Counted from the stretch's first letter, positions 28,360 through 37,915 are shown. The stretch is 64,000 nucleotides of DNA from Candidatus Bathyarchaeota archaeon (GCA_026014665.1 JAOZHX010000025.1:23854-87853); one strand, 5' to 3'. Numbers and translations are program-made. The notes: generated by a model from the sequence alone, not told the origin.

Positions 28360-29025
28360 TTACCCTCGATGGCTAAATTTCATTATCATCCTTTTAACTC
28401 GTAAAAATTGCTGTTGTATGTTCAAGAGGACAGGAACTTGCTGTCCAAAAGCCTCACAATGCCCCTCTACGATGGCTTTGGCTATGGCGTCCACGGTTGG
28501 TTCAGCAACCTCTATGGTCGTATAGCCATATCCGATTTGTGGTCCATAATGTGCATCAGTACCGCCAACCCTTGAAAGCTTAAGATTCATTGCCGCTTCC
28601 TTTGCTTTTTGCATGCTTTTTTTGAAGGGGAAAGCACGGGCATTAACAACTTCGATGGCATCAAAAGTCGCACATACTTTCTCTTTTAAGCATCCTTTAA
28701 AGTAAACGTAGGGGTGGCATGCAACCGCAACTCCGCCCGCTTGATGAATGCGCTCCACCGTTTCTACGGCACTGAGCCCCCTTGGGATAAGCTCGTTAAT
28801 GTTTAGGGCGACGATGTGTCCGTCGGCACTGGAGACTTCCATGCCTGGTATGATTAAGAAGTCGGTTTCTTTAGCGATTTTCCATGCGCCATCAAGGCGG
28901 TTATGGTCGGTTACGGCAACGGCGTTTAGTCCACGTTTTTTTGAGTAGTAAACGAGGTCTTTTGGGGTTATTAGTGAATCTTTGGAGTAGGTTGTGTGGA
29001 CATGGAGGTCAGCGTTTATCTTCAT
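28360..29025 (-). CDS. PHP-domain metallophosphoesterase
   Basis: DLHVHT, TDHN, GMEVS, GHIVAL, CHPY, GGTDAH. Confidence 0.9.
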   Translation of the reverse strand: MKINADLHVHTTYSKDSLITPKDLVYYSKKRGLNAVAVTDHNRLDGAWKIAKETDFLIIPGMEVSSADGHIVALNINELIPRGLSAVETVERIHQAGGVAVACHPYVYFKGCLKEKVCATFDAIEVVNARAFPFKKSMQKAKEAAMNLKLSRVGGTDAHYGPQIGYGYTTIEVAEPTVDAIAKAIVEGHCEAFGQQVPVLLNIQQQFLRVKRMIMKFSHRG

Positions 29026-29034
29026 TTGCCAGCC

Positions 29035-30729
29035 TCATTTGGCGGCTGCCTTCGCACGAATCTGAGCCAATGTCTCATCAAGTTTTGTTTCGTCAGTTTC
29101 GACTTTATGGAAGAGAGGTGTTGGCTTAGCAATGTGGTGTCCGCCCTCAAGCGGCTTTAATGCCTCCTGCCAGTTTGTTTCATGCACGTTTCCTTCAAGT
29201 TGCAATGTGCCCCACAGTTGCTGCGCTGTCTGCGGCATAAATGGCTCTGAAACAACGGCGATAGCTTTCACAACTTGCGCTGCCACATAGAAGATTGTTC
29301 CTGCTTTCTCTTTGTCAGTTTTCATGAGGTTCCAAGGTTCTTTGGTGTTTAGATATTGGTTGCCGATGCGACTTATCGAGATGAGTGTGTTTGCGGCGGA
29401 TTGCAGCCATGAGCCTTCGATTTCTTTGGCGGCTTGCGCCACTCTTTCTTTAACTGCTTCCAAGATGGCTTCATCATCTCTATCGAGTTTAGTTGGAGCT
29501 GGGATTTGACCTCCAAATTTGCTTGTTATGAAAGATAATGTACGATGGATGAAGTTGCCAAAGGTGTCGTTTAAATCGGCGTTGATTTTTTCGCTGAACG
29601 CTGTCCAAGTGAAGTTTGTATCTTTGCTTTCGGGGCGTGTGGCGATTAGGAAGAAGCGCCAGTAATCCACCGGAAACATTTCGAGAGCTTCGTCTATCCA
29701 GATGCCGACCCGTTGGCTTTTGGAAGCTTTTTGCCCGCCGAACTGCAGAAATTCTGTAGCTGAAACGTTCCATGGCAGGTTGTAGTCTTCGCCGGAAGCC
29801 AACAGGAGCGCGGGCAGCATTATAGTGTGGAATGGGATGTTGTCTTTGCCGACGAAGTAGAGTGTCTTGGCTTGCTTATTAAACCAGAATTCACGCCATT
29901 TCTCCGGTTGACCGATGTGTTGGCATTGCTCAATGGTTGCAGAAACATATCCTAACACGGCGTCTACCCAAACATAGATGGTTTTGCCTTCAGCACCCTC
30001 AAATGGTGCAGGAATCCCCCACTCAACATCGCGGGTGACGGCTCTCGGTTTTAAGCCTTCCTTTATCCAGTTTAAGCTGAAATTCTTCACGTTGGCAGGC
30101 AATTGTTCGTTGTTTTTGAGGTACTGTGTTATTGGATCTGCGAGTTTGGAGAGGTCAAAGTACCAGTGGCGAGTCGTTTTGACCGTGGGTTTAGTTTTGC
30201 AGATAGTGCAGTAAGGTTCTACCAGTAAAGTTGGCTCCAGCAACCTGCCACAAATGTCGCATTGGTCGCCCCGCGCTTTCTCACAGCCGCAATAGGGGCA
30301 TTTGCCCTCTACGAAACGGTCTGGCAAGAAGCGTTGATCATGCTCACAATAGAGCATCTGGGTGTCTTGAGCGAAGATGTACCCGTTTTTCTGAATTTCT
30401 AAAAGCGTTTTCTGCACGAATTCTTTATGAATCGGACTCTCAGTGCTTGTATAATTATCAAAGGAAGATTCCCATTTGCGGAACAGCTCCGCCACACGGG
30501 CATGGTTGCGATCAGTGAGCTCTTTAGGTGTGATGCCTTGTTTTATGGCTTCTACCTCGATGGGCGTGCCATGTGTGTCGGAGCCGCTGACCAATAGAGT
30601 TTCGTCCCCTTTGAGGCGGTAGTATCGGGCGGTCACGTCAGCAGATAAGACAGAGCCTACTAGGTTCCCAAGGTGGGGCGTCACGTTGATGTAGGGCCAA
30701 GCGGAGGTTACTAGAATTTTTTCAGGCAA
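29035..30729 (-). CDS. metG: Methionyl-tRNA synthetase (without C-terminal Trbp domain)
   Basis: PHLGN (HIGH), SGSDTHG, Zn knuckle CPYC/CDIC, YVWVDA, GKDNIPFH, KASKS. Confidence 0.96.
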   Translation of the reverse strand: MPEKILVTSAWPYINVTPHLGNLVGSVLSADVTARYYRLKGDETLLVSGSDTHGTPIEVEAIKQGITPKELTDRNHARVAELFRKWESSFDNYTSTESPIHKEFVQKTLLEIQKNGYIFAQDTQMLYCEHDQRFLPDRFVEGKCPYCGCEKARGDQCDICGRLLEPTLLVEPYCTICKTKPTVKTTRHWYFDLSKLADPITQYLKNNEQLPANVKNFSLNWIKEGLKPRAVTRDVEWGIPAPFEGAEGKTIYVWVDAVLGYVSATIEQCQHIGQPEKWREFWFNKQAKTLYFVGKDNIPFHTIMLPALLLASGEDYNLPWNVSATEFLQFGGQKASKSQRVGIWIDEALEMFPVDYWRFFLIATRPESKDTNFTWTAFSEKINADLNDTFGNFIHRTLSFITSKFGGQIPAPTKLDRDDEAILEAVKERVAQAAKEIEGSWLQSAANTLISISRIGNQYLNTKEPWNLMKTDKEKAGTIFYVAAQVVKAIAVVSEPFMPQTAQQLWGTLQLEGNVHETNWQEALKPLEGGHHIAKPTPLFHKVETDETKLDETLAQIRAKAAAK

Positions 30730-30874
30730 ACTGTATCATCAACAAATCGTTTGGTGTCGCCCTTATTAAAATTGCTTTCACTAAACTCCTTAGAAGATAT
30801 TAGCCTCAAACATCCGAAGGTCTCGGCAATCCTTAAATTTTGTGATTACATACGCCTTCTTGAGGTCATCCAAA

Positions 30875-31180
30875 ATGCCTTACTGTCGCAGATGCGGAAC
30901 GATGCTTGAAGAGGGTGCGTATTTCTGCCATAAATGCGGAACTCCTGTCGTATTTTACACGCCTCCGCCTGTGGCTGTTTCTAAAGAATGGAAGATGGAT
31001 CCTTTCTTCATAGCAATAATCGCTATTGCCGCCATCATAATCTCAACGATAATCATCATAACCTTTGTATTAGTCCCAATTTTAGGGGTCAATCCTAACT
31101 GGCCCTTCCCGAGCAACGATGGCAATTTCAACCATCTAAATTATCATAGCGTCGCTATGTGGCTAACTCTCAGAATTTAA
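30875..31180 (+). CDS. Zinc-ribbon membrane protein
   Basis: MPYCRRCG...FCHKCG followed by a TM helix. Confidence 0.8.
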   Translation: MPYCRRCGTMLEEGAYFCHKCGTPVVFYTPPPVAVSKEWKMDPFFIAIIAIAAIIISTIIIITFVLVPILGVNPNWPFPSNDGNFNHLNYHSVAMWLTLRI

Positions 31181-31315
31181 AACCTGCGATCAATTTGATT
31201 ATAGCACAATTTTTCGTTAGGGCTTAAGCGCTGGAACTGTGTAAACTATGAAGTGCAAGCCTGAAACATTTAAAGGCATCTTTCAACCACTAACACTATG
31301 CAAAGGTGGTTTTTA

Positions 31316-31554
31316 TGGCAGACCAGAAAAAGGTAACTCGGCAAGAACTGCAAGAAAACAACGGTAAAAACGGGAAACCCGCCTACATAGCCTATAAAGG
31401 CAAAGTCTACGATGTCTCGGATAGCAGCTTTTGGATGGAAGGTGACCACATGGGTATGCATGAAGCGGGCAAAGACCTCACTGACGAGTTAGAGATGGCT
31501 CCGCATCGAGAAGAGAATTTTCAGCGCGTCAAGTTAGTGGGCGACCTTGTTTAG
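31316..31554 (+). CDS. Cytochrome b5-like heme/steroid-binding domain protein
   Basis: YIAYKGKVYDVS, HMGMHEAGKDLT, APH heme-ligand pattern. Confidence 0.9.
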
Positions 31555-32785
31555 AAGATAAATTGCAATACACTGTCTATTTGGCGTAAGCCACTCAAAA
31601 GATTTTTTACGTCTTCAGCGCCAAGGGTGCGACGCATTTCATGAAGATTAATTATTGTTTTCTGTACACTATCAAAGGCATTCTTGAGGTCTAAATCATC
31701 ATCCATGTAACGTTCAAAGTCGGCGGTAATTTTTCTGGTGAGAGCACGGTGGTTTTGCGACTTGTCGGGTGCTTCCATGTTTTGCAGGTCTGCAACCATG
31801 CTCTTGATTTCATCCAGTTTACGGCAGGTTTGAGCAAATTTGTCGAAGGTGAAGTTTAGTTTTTTCCTGTAATGCCTATAACTGAGGAAAAACCTGAGTT
31901 GTTCACCGCTAAAGCCTCTCGATAAAACATCGTTAACATAATATACATTACCGAGACTTTTGGACATCTTCTTGCCACCTACCAGCAGATGTGCGCCATG
32001 CAGCCAAAACCATGAAAACTGCTGTCCTGAAACTGCTTCCGCTATAGCAAGGGTGTAATCATGGTGCCTAACTAGGTTGTCCACACCACCACAACTGACA
32101 TCGATTGTAAACCCAAATTGTTTAGTTACGATTGCAGCGTCCTGTATGTTCCAAGCTGGTCGTCCAGTGCCAATCGCTGTTTCATAGCATACATCATCGG
32201 GTTGGCATCCATGCCAAAGCACAAAATCGCCCTTGTTCCATGGTGTGCCGGGGTAGGTATCTTTGTGGAAACGGCGCTTTTTTTGGGCCATTTGCTCATG
32301 TCGAGGTGAGCAAGTTTTCCAAAGCCTTGGAATTTTAACGGGTCAAAATAGATGTTTTTGGCGCCTTTATAGTCATACCTATATGCATATTCAGTCTCGA
32401 TAAGCTTGGAAATGAGGCTTGCAGCTTGATCCACAGCGTTTGAAGCTCTAATGGGGTAATCAGGCTTTTTTATTCTTAATGTTTCAAGGTCTTTGAAGAA
32501 AACTGCTTCATTTTTGCGTGTAAGTTCTTCGAGTGGAATTTTCTCTTTTTTGGCTTGTGCAACGGCTTTGTCTTCCACATCGGTTAGCGTCATTACCCGC
32601 CTGACCTGGTAGCCTTTGTATTCTAGGTAGCGTTGGAGAATGTCTTCGAAGAGGAAAGTGCGGTAGTTGCCTATGTGCGCTGGCTGGTACGTGGAGGGAC
32701 CGCATGTGTACATCTTAACTTGCATGTCGTTGTTGGGTTGAAAAGGCTGAGTTTTACTTGTTAACGTGTTGTAAAGTTTTAACAT
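31551..32785 (-). pseudogene. Cysteinyl-tRNA-synthetase-like paralog (~411 aa when joined), frameshifted at the A7 run (plus-strand T 32278-32284)
   Basis: MLKLYNTL, YTCGPS, HIGN, TDVEDK, DFVLW, GRPAW, KMSKS and a DALR-like region; one extra A joins ORFs 32126-32860 and 31551-32291 as WPKKKRRF. Confidence 0.85.
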
Positions 32786-32798
32786 GTGTGCTTCCTCG

Positions 32799-33278
32799 TC
32801 AAGGTGAGGTTTGCTGTTCTTCCTGCTGAAGCTGCTTGAGCACTTTTTTTGCCTCTTCAACGTGTCTTTGAGCTTGAGTTTGCGAGCTAAATATGTATCT
32901 AACTATAGCTTTCTTGTCGATGATGTAAGTTACTCTGCCTGGTATTATTCCCATGGTTGAAGGCACCCCATAGAGGCTTCGAACTTTGTTTTCTTGGTCG
33001 CTTAGGAGGATAAAGGGCAAACCGTAGTGGGTGGCAAAGGATTTATGCGATGCTACACTTTGTCCGCTAATGCCTATGACTTCGGCATCCAAATCTGTCA
33101 GTTCTTGGTAGCTGTCCCGGAAGGCGCACGCTTCCTTGGTGCAGCCAGGTGATTCGTCTTTGGGATAGAAGTAGAGGACTATGTTTTTTTTGCCGAAGTA
33201 TTCGGAAAGCGTTACGTTGTCGCCCATTTGTGAGGGAAGCGTAAAATCTGGTGCTAAATCGCCCACGCCGACAGCCAA
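32799..33278 (-). CDS. bcp: Peroxiredoxin, BCP/PrxQ family
   Basis: APDFTL, YFYPKDESPGCTKEACAFRD (PxxxTxxC-like, CxxxxC). Confidence 0.93.
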   Translation of the reverse strand: MAVGVGDLAPDFTLPSQMGDNVTLSEYFGKKNIVLYFYPKDESPGCTKEACAFRDSYQELTDLDAEVIGISGQSVASHKSFATHYGLPFILLSDQENKVRSLYGVPSTMGIIPGRVTYIIDKKAIVRYIFSSQTQAQRHVEEAKKVLKQLQQEEQQTSP

Positions 33279-33340
33279 AAACTCACCAAACAGTAGTGGC
33301 TGAAAAAGTATTAATTGTTTCTGTATTTTGTTGAACTGCT

Positions 33341-33588
33341 TCTTTATTGTTCATTTGGTTGTTTTTATTAACGGGTTTCCATCCTCCTTTTTTGAAGAAC
33401 AGTTTTGGCGTACTCAACATCCTGCTACACTCACACCGCGTAATCTTTAACATGAAGCGATGTACTGCGTGTGGAAGAAAATGTGCATCCACACTAAAAC
33501 AGAAAATAAAAACCGTTGCGAACCTAAAAAGCAACCGCCCCCATCAACCACCATGGGGTACACTAAAAACCGCCATACCCACATAAAA
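33341..33588 (+). repeat. Dispersed ~250-bp intergenic element, copy A (most diverged)
   Basis: Colinear with 51748-51977 and rc(56845-57093); shares the exact 20-mer CGCCCCCATCAACCACCATG with copy B. Confidence 0.8.
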
Positions 33589-33663
33589 ACAAAAAATAGA
33601 TACCGTCTTGCTCTGTTAATTCTTATTAGCCGCTTTGTGCATAACTGACATAGTGAGTGAAAC

Positions 33664-34263
33664 TTGGAGAGAATGTTTACTTCTTCGAGTCACAAATGCC
33701 AACTCCTCTACTATACTGCACCCGGAGTTCCCATCGTTTTCCTCCATGGCTTGTCCTACAATATCGATATTTGGGAACGTATCGGCGTCACGGAACTCTT
33801 GATGCAGAAACGTATACCTTTCTTGGCGTTGGACATGCCTTATGGTTTAAAGAGCCACTGTCAACCTAAAACCCGCGACCCAGAAAAAAACATCCTGTTA
33901 ATCAATGAAGCAACCAAAAATGTGTTTGGGTCAGCGGTGCCGGTGTTGGTTGGTGCCAGCATAGGCGGAAACATGGCATTGCGGTATGCGACGCGTTTTC
34001 CAGTGAAAGGCTTGCTTCTTATTGCGCCTGCACGTTCGCTGGAGCCTGAGCTTGCTGCATCATACGGTCAATTTAGGTTTCCAATTTCTATTGTTTGGGG
34101 AACAGAAGACAACATTATCGCTAGCGAAAACATGAGGACCTTAGCCTCAAAATTGCCGAACGCAAAGCTTATCATATATGACGGATCCAGCCATTCGGCT
34201 TACAAGGATGAGCCTGAACGGTTTGGGCGAGACCTGCTTGAATTGTATGCACATATAACGTAA
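33664..34263 (+). CDS. Alpha/beta hydrolase (ABHD14-like)
   Basis: FLHGLS, LDMPYG, GASIGG nucleophile elbow, WGTED, HSAY. Confidence 0.88.
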   Translation: MERMFTSSSHKCQLLYYTAPGVPIVFLHGLSYNIDIWERIGVTELLMQKRIPFLALDMPYGLKSHCQPKTRDPEKNILLINEATKNVFGSAVPVLVGASIGGNMALRYATRFPVKGLLLIAPARSLEPELAASYGQFRFPISIVWGTEDNIIASENMRTLASKLPNAKLIIYDGSSHSAYKDEPERFGRDLLELYAHIT

Positions 34264-34279
34264 GAGGAACCAAAAGGGG

Positions 34280-34837
34280 CTAAACAGGTTTGGCGATTAC
34301 AACATAGTGGTAGGGTCCAGCAGCATTCACTGATTTAACCCTAAACCCTGCAGAGTTGATGAGTTCCGAGGCTTTTTTTCCACTGAACCGAATGGCTTCT
34401 GGCGGTCCAAAGGGCATCTGCTTTTTTTCCCAATCCAAATCCACCAGTTCTCCATCCGCCTTAACCATCAAGCGGGCGTTTGCCAGAACCTTCCCGGCGT
34501 CGTTGAAATCATGCAGATTCATGCTGTAAAAAACCAAATCAACACAACCCCTACAGAAAACGGTGTCTTCTGCCTTGCCCACGACTGCGTTGATGTTGTT
34601 TAAGCCTTGTTTGGCGGCTTGTGCTTGGAGTTTCCTGACGGCTGATGGGTCGATGTCAACAGCATAAACTTTTCCGCTGGCACCTACTTTTTTTGCTGCT
34701 AAAATGCTAAAGAAGCCGTCGCCGCAACCGATATCCGCAAACACCATGCCCGCATGTAGGTCACTTAAGATGGCTTCTGGATTGTACCATGAGCGTCTGG
34801 TTGTTTCGTCAAGGCTGAATCCGCCGTGGCACCTCAT
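34280..34837 (-). CDS. Class I SAM-dependent methyltransferase
   Basis: ADIGCGDGFF, VYAVDID, LHDF motifs. Confidence 0.88.
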   Translation of the reverse strand: MRCHGGFSLDETTRRSWYNPEAILSDLHAGMVFADIGCGDGFFSILAAKKVGASGKVYAVDIDPSAVRKLQAQAAKQGLNNINAVVGKAEDTVFCRGCVDLVFYSMNLHDFNDAGKVLANARLMVKADGELVDLDWEKKQMPFGPPEAIRFSGKKASELINSAGFRVKSVNAAGPYHYVVIAKPV

Positions 34838-34839
34838 CG

Positions 34840-35151
34840 TTACATACCTAACTCGTTAGGTTGAAGCAACTCTCTTATTTGTTTCTCATGGGTTTGGCGG
34901 GTAGTAAGCGGATAGATTTCTCGGTCGCAATCGAAGAAGAGGGGGTCTTGCCCGATTATTTTGGAGAGTTTTTCATCTGAGTCTGTGTTGACTATAAGCA
35001 TGCTGCCTTGTTGTCCGATGAGGTGGTAGTAGACTTCAAGGGTTTTGTCTTTCTCGAGGCTTTCGAAGTACCTGAACTGGAGGGGCAGAAGTTTTGCCCA
35101 TTTCTCGATAGGAACCTCACGTTTGATTTTTTGGATGACTAAAAACTTCAT
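34840..35151 (-). CDS. Muconolactone delta-isomerase-like small protein
   Basis: MKFLVI...YHLIGQQGSMLIVNTDSDEKL...DPLF ferredoxin-like pattern. Confidence 0.6.
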   Translation of the reverse strand: MKFLVIQKIKREVPIEKWAKLLPLQFRYFESLEKDKTLEVYYHLIGQQGSMLIVNTDSDEKLSKIIGQDPLFFDCDREIYPLTTRQTHEKQIRELLQPNELGM

Positions 35152-35295
35152 GTGTATTCCTAATTTGTGATTGGAGTTTTTGCTAATAAAGTGTTTTCTT
35201 GCTTCACTCAATTGTTTAAAATGCTATCGATAAATAGTTGGTTATAGAATAAGCCTTTATTAGAAGTTCTGTTTGTCGATACGAGTGTCGAGTCG

Positions 35296-35547
35296 ATGAG
35301 AAACATGCCAGTTGTCGCAAGAAAAAGACGCGAAAAGAAAGAGCCATATCCAAGTATTAGCTGTCTCTGTGGCGCTGAAATCTTGCTGGTTCCCGATGTA
35401 AAGCTGATGAGCAAAGCAGTTGAAGCTCATGCTCTGACTCATAAGAAGAAAATGCAGGATTCAAAGAGAGCGGAAGAGGAAGCTGAACGCATACGAAACC
35501 ACCTTATTGCTGAGGTGCTCCGTATAGCCAGCGAAGAAAAAAGTTAA
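35296..35547 (+). CDS. Small C2H2-type zinc-binding hypothetical protein
   Basis: CLCG...HALTH motif followed by a charged helix. Confidence 0.7.
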   Translation: MRNMPVVARKRREKKEPYPSISCLCGAEILLVPDVKLMSKAVEAHALTHKKKMQDSKRAEEEAERIRNHLIAEVLRIASEEKS

Positions 35548-35566
35548 AACTTAAAATTTTATTACG

Positions 35567-35707
35567 CTAATCTTTACTTTCGCTGCCGCCCCGTTTCATC
35601 ATTTTGCTGGAAACCGTAGCTGCGACATCCTTCATAACGTTCATAAGTGCCTCGTTAACTTCAAGATCTATTGTCAATTTCATGTGACCCTTTTTTTCGT
35701 TCGCCAT
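35567..35707 (-). CDS. 46-aa hypothetical protein, not in ORF track
   Basis: ATG immediately after the stop of 35709-36026: MANEKKGHMKLTIDLEVNEALMNVMKDVAATVSSKMMKRGGSESKD. Confidence 0.55.
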   Translation of the reverse strand: MANEKKGHMKLTIDLEVNEALMNVMKDVAATVSSKMMKRGGSESKD

Positions 35708-35708
35708 T

Positions 35709-36026
35709 TCAGTCATGGAACCACCTCCGGTATCTGCTTAGCTGTTTGGGAAATAAGTTACCTAGAAGATGAAGCGCCTGCATACCCGTCAAATCCAAAT
35801 CCATTTCGATGCTGTAATGGTATTTGCCGAGACGTTTCGTGTGAGTTATAGATTTGCTAACGATGTTTTGTTCCTTGTAGCGATTTAACTGCCGATTTAT
35901 AAATAATGTTATGGCGATTGGCGCTAAAGGCTCAAACCTAAAGATTACTCTTAACAAAACGTTAACTGTGCTGCTAATGAGTGCTCCCAAAACTGATTCT
36001 TCCTGAGCCAAAGTCTTAATCACCAT
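35709..36026 (-). CDS. Hypothetical protein
   Basis: 105-aa ORF with protein-like composition, coupled to the 46-aa ORF. Confidence 0.6.
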   Translation of the reverse strand: MVIKTLAQEESVLGALISSTVNVLLRVIFRFEPLAPIAITLFINRQLNRYKEQNIVSKSITHTKRLGKYHYSIEMDLDLTGMQALHLLGNLFPKQLSRYRRWFHD

Positions 36027-36102
36027 TAAAAAACTGGTTGCGTCTGCGGTTTGGTAGACAAGAACTTGATTATAATAAGGGACGGGAATTTTTTAAGGTT
36101 GT

Positions 36103-36630
36103 GTGATTGTAATTACTCAACAACAAAGTGACCGCCTCATGTCATCTATGGATGAATTGAATTTTGCAATCTACGGCTGCAAAAAATGCCGGCTCTGGCA
36201 GGATGCCAAACATGGCGTGCCCGGAGAGGGACCTATAAACGCCAAGATTATGTTTGTTGGGCAAAATCCTGGCGTGGAAGAGGATGAGGTGGGTAGGCCA
36301 TTTGTTGGGAAAACGGGAAAATACCTCACTAAAGTGCTCGCTGAAAATGGGCTTAGTCGGGAAGACCTATTCATAACCAATATTGTCAAGCATAAGACAC
36401 CTAAAAACCGCAAGCCCTTCGCTGATGAGGTCGCTGCATGTTTGCCTTACTTGCTTGAGCAGATACGTATTATTAAGCCTGAAAAGGTTGTGTTGATGGG
36501 CAAAACGGCTTGGTTAACTCCGCGGTTTAATGGCATAAAATACTATGAGGTGGTTCATCCACAAGCAGCGTCACGTTTTCCGAAGATGGGCAAAAAGTTT
36601 CAGGAGCAAATTAAAGCAATAATGCGATGA
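36103..36630 (+). CDS. udg: Uracil-DNA glycosylase superfamily, family-4-like variant
   Basis: GCKKC, VPGEGP, GQNPG, GRPFVG, ITNIVK, ACLPYL, HPQ motifs. Confidence 0.88.
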   Translation: MIVITQQQSDRLMSSMDELNFAIYGCKKCRLWQDAKHGVPGEGPINAKIMFVGQNPGVEEDEVGRPFVGKTGKYLTKVLAENGLSREDLFITNIVKHKTPKNRKPFADEVAACLPYLLEQIRIIKPEKVVLMGKTAWLTPRFNGIKYYEVVHPQAASRFPKMGKKFQEQIKAIMR

Positions 36631-36698
36631 TTTTGCCTGAATTATGGCGCGCTTGTACGTCAAAATATTATTAAAACTGCATTTGTCCTTTTTGTTAT

Positions 36699-37196
36699 AT
36701 GATTAGCAAAAAGCAAGATTCTTCTCAGTATGACAGAATCAAAGAATTTCAAGGGAAAAAATACACGGGCGTTGTAGTTGGTCATGGGCACAAGTGGCAG
36801 TATAAAGCTGGCGAATGGAAGGAAAAAAAGATTCGCCCTGACCGCTGGAGCTTCACCTATAAGGTTGGGAAGCGAAGATCCGGCAATGCACCTGAAGGTT
36901 CAGGGGCACCTGTGGGTACAGAGTACCATTGGTATATTATCGCTGACCAAATTGTGAAAAAGCTAGACGCTAACAACTATTCAACCGAAATGACTGGTTC
37001 TAAGTATAAGATTGCACATAAACGTGCAGGCAAAGACACATGGAGCGCACCAGATGCCAAGCAAAGAAAAGAAATGGTAAAAGCGCTCAAGGAAATCATC
37101 TCGGAACTCGAAACTACTCCAGAAACACAAGCAACGCAGAATCGTGCTATTGAGAAAAAGAGCCGCCAAACCCAATTGGTTTTTCCCAACCAATAA
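36699..37196 (+). CDS. Conserved basic, aromatic-rich hypothetical protein
   Basis: HKWQY..GEWKE, APEGSGAPVGTEYHWYI, KYKIAHKRA; long two-stranded beta pattern. Confidence 0.8.
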   Translation: MISKKQDSSQYDRIKEFQGKKYTGVVVGHGHKWQYKAGEWKEKKIRPDRWSFTYKVGKRRSGNAPEGSGAPVGTEYHWYIIADQIVKKLDANNYSTEMTGSKYKIAHKRAGKDTWSAPDAKQRKEMVKALKEIISELETTPETQATQNRAIEKKSRQTQLVFPNQ

Positions 37197-37261
37197 AGAA
37201 GCAATTTAGTTTGCTCAAACATCAAATTCGTACATTTGGAAAAGAGCACTTTTCACTCATT

Positions 37262-37900
37262 CTAAACTGAGAAGGAAGGGTTGTTTTTCTTCATAGGCTG
37301 TCGGAGAATAGTTTTGAGTTTATTTGGTGCTGTTCTGCTTGGGTCGTTTAGGTAGATTTCGTGGTGTTTGCCGCTTAGGGTGTAACCGCTGTTTTTGATG
37401 TAGTCGTGGATCTTCTGTATGGTTGGTCCTTCCTCTGAGAAAGGCCCAATATACAATATTTGTGCAGCAAGTCCTTCTGCAAAGCTTTCGAACCGCAATT
37501 TGGGAAGCGCAGGCAGCTTCTTCTTTTTCTTTACCTGTTCGACTGCTGTTTTTACGTTTTCAGCGGTTATTTGTGGAGGTTGCATTATCATGGCTGTCCA
37601 TTTCCATTCATCCTTGTGGTCAGCGCTGAATTTGGTCATGTCATCCATCCACCACAAACCTTCCAGCGGCATAACCGCGTAATCGATGCCTTGACCTTTT
37701 TTAATCATGAATTTTAGCGAGTAAGAAACGCCAAACAACGCTTCGATGGCTTCTCGGTATTGCGGTGCCACTGGGCTTCCTTCGCCATCGATTAAAAGGA
37801 AGTTCATCGCTGGAATCTCTACAGCCACAACTTCCTTGGCTGAGGGGTTGTAGAGGTCTTTCATTTCCTTCTTTAAGTCAATTTTATTAATGTGCTTCAC
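37262..37900 (-). CDS. GyrI-like small-molecule-binding domain protein
   Basis: PLEGLWW, WTAMIMQP, GPFSEEGPTI, HHEIYLNDP, KTILRQP. Confidence 0.9.
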   Translation of the reverse strand: MKHINKIDLKKEMKDLYNPSAKEVVAVEIPAMNFLLIDGEGSPVAPQYREAIEALFGVSYSLKFMIKKGQGIDYAVMPLEGLWWMDDMTKFSADHKDEWKWTAMIMQPPQITAENVKTAVEQVKKKKKLPALPKLRFESFAEGLAAQILYIGPFSEEGPTIQKIHDYIKNSGYTLSGKHHEIYLNDPSRTAPNKLKTILRQPMKKNNPSFSV

Positions 37901-37915
37901 ACCTCCTTTGGTATG

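Noticed and set aside
32278-32284. Programmed -1 ribosomal frameshift in the CysRS-like gene
   Set aside because: In the upstream frame the site is C_AAA_AAA, not X_XXY_YYZ; the A_AAA_AAG heptamer is phased in the wrong frame. A homopolymer indel or transcriptional slippage is more plausible.
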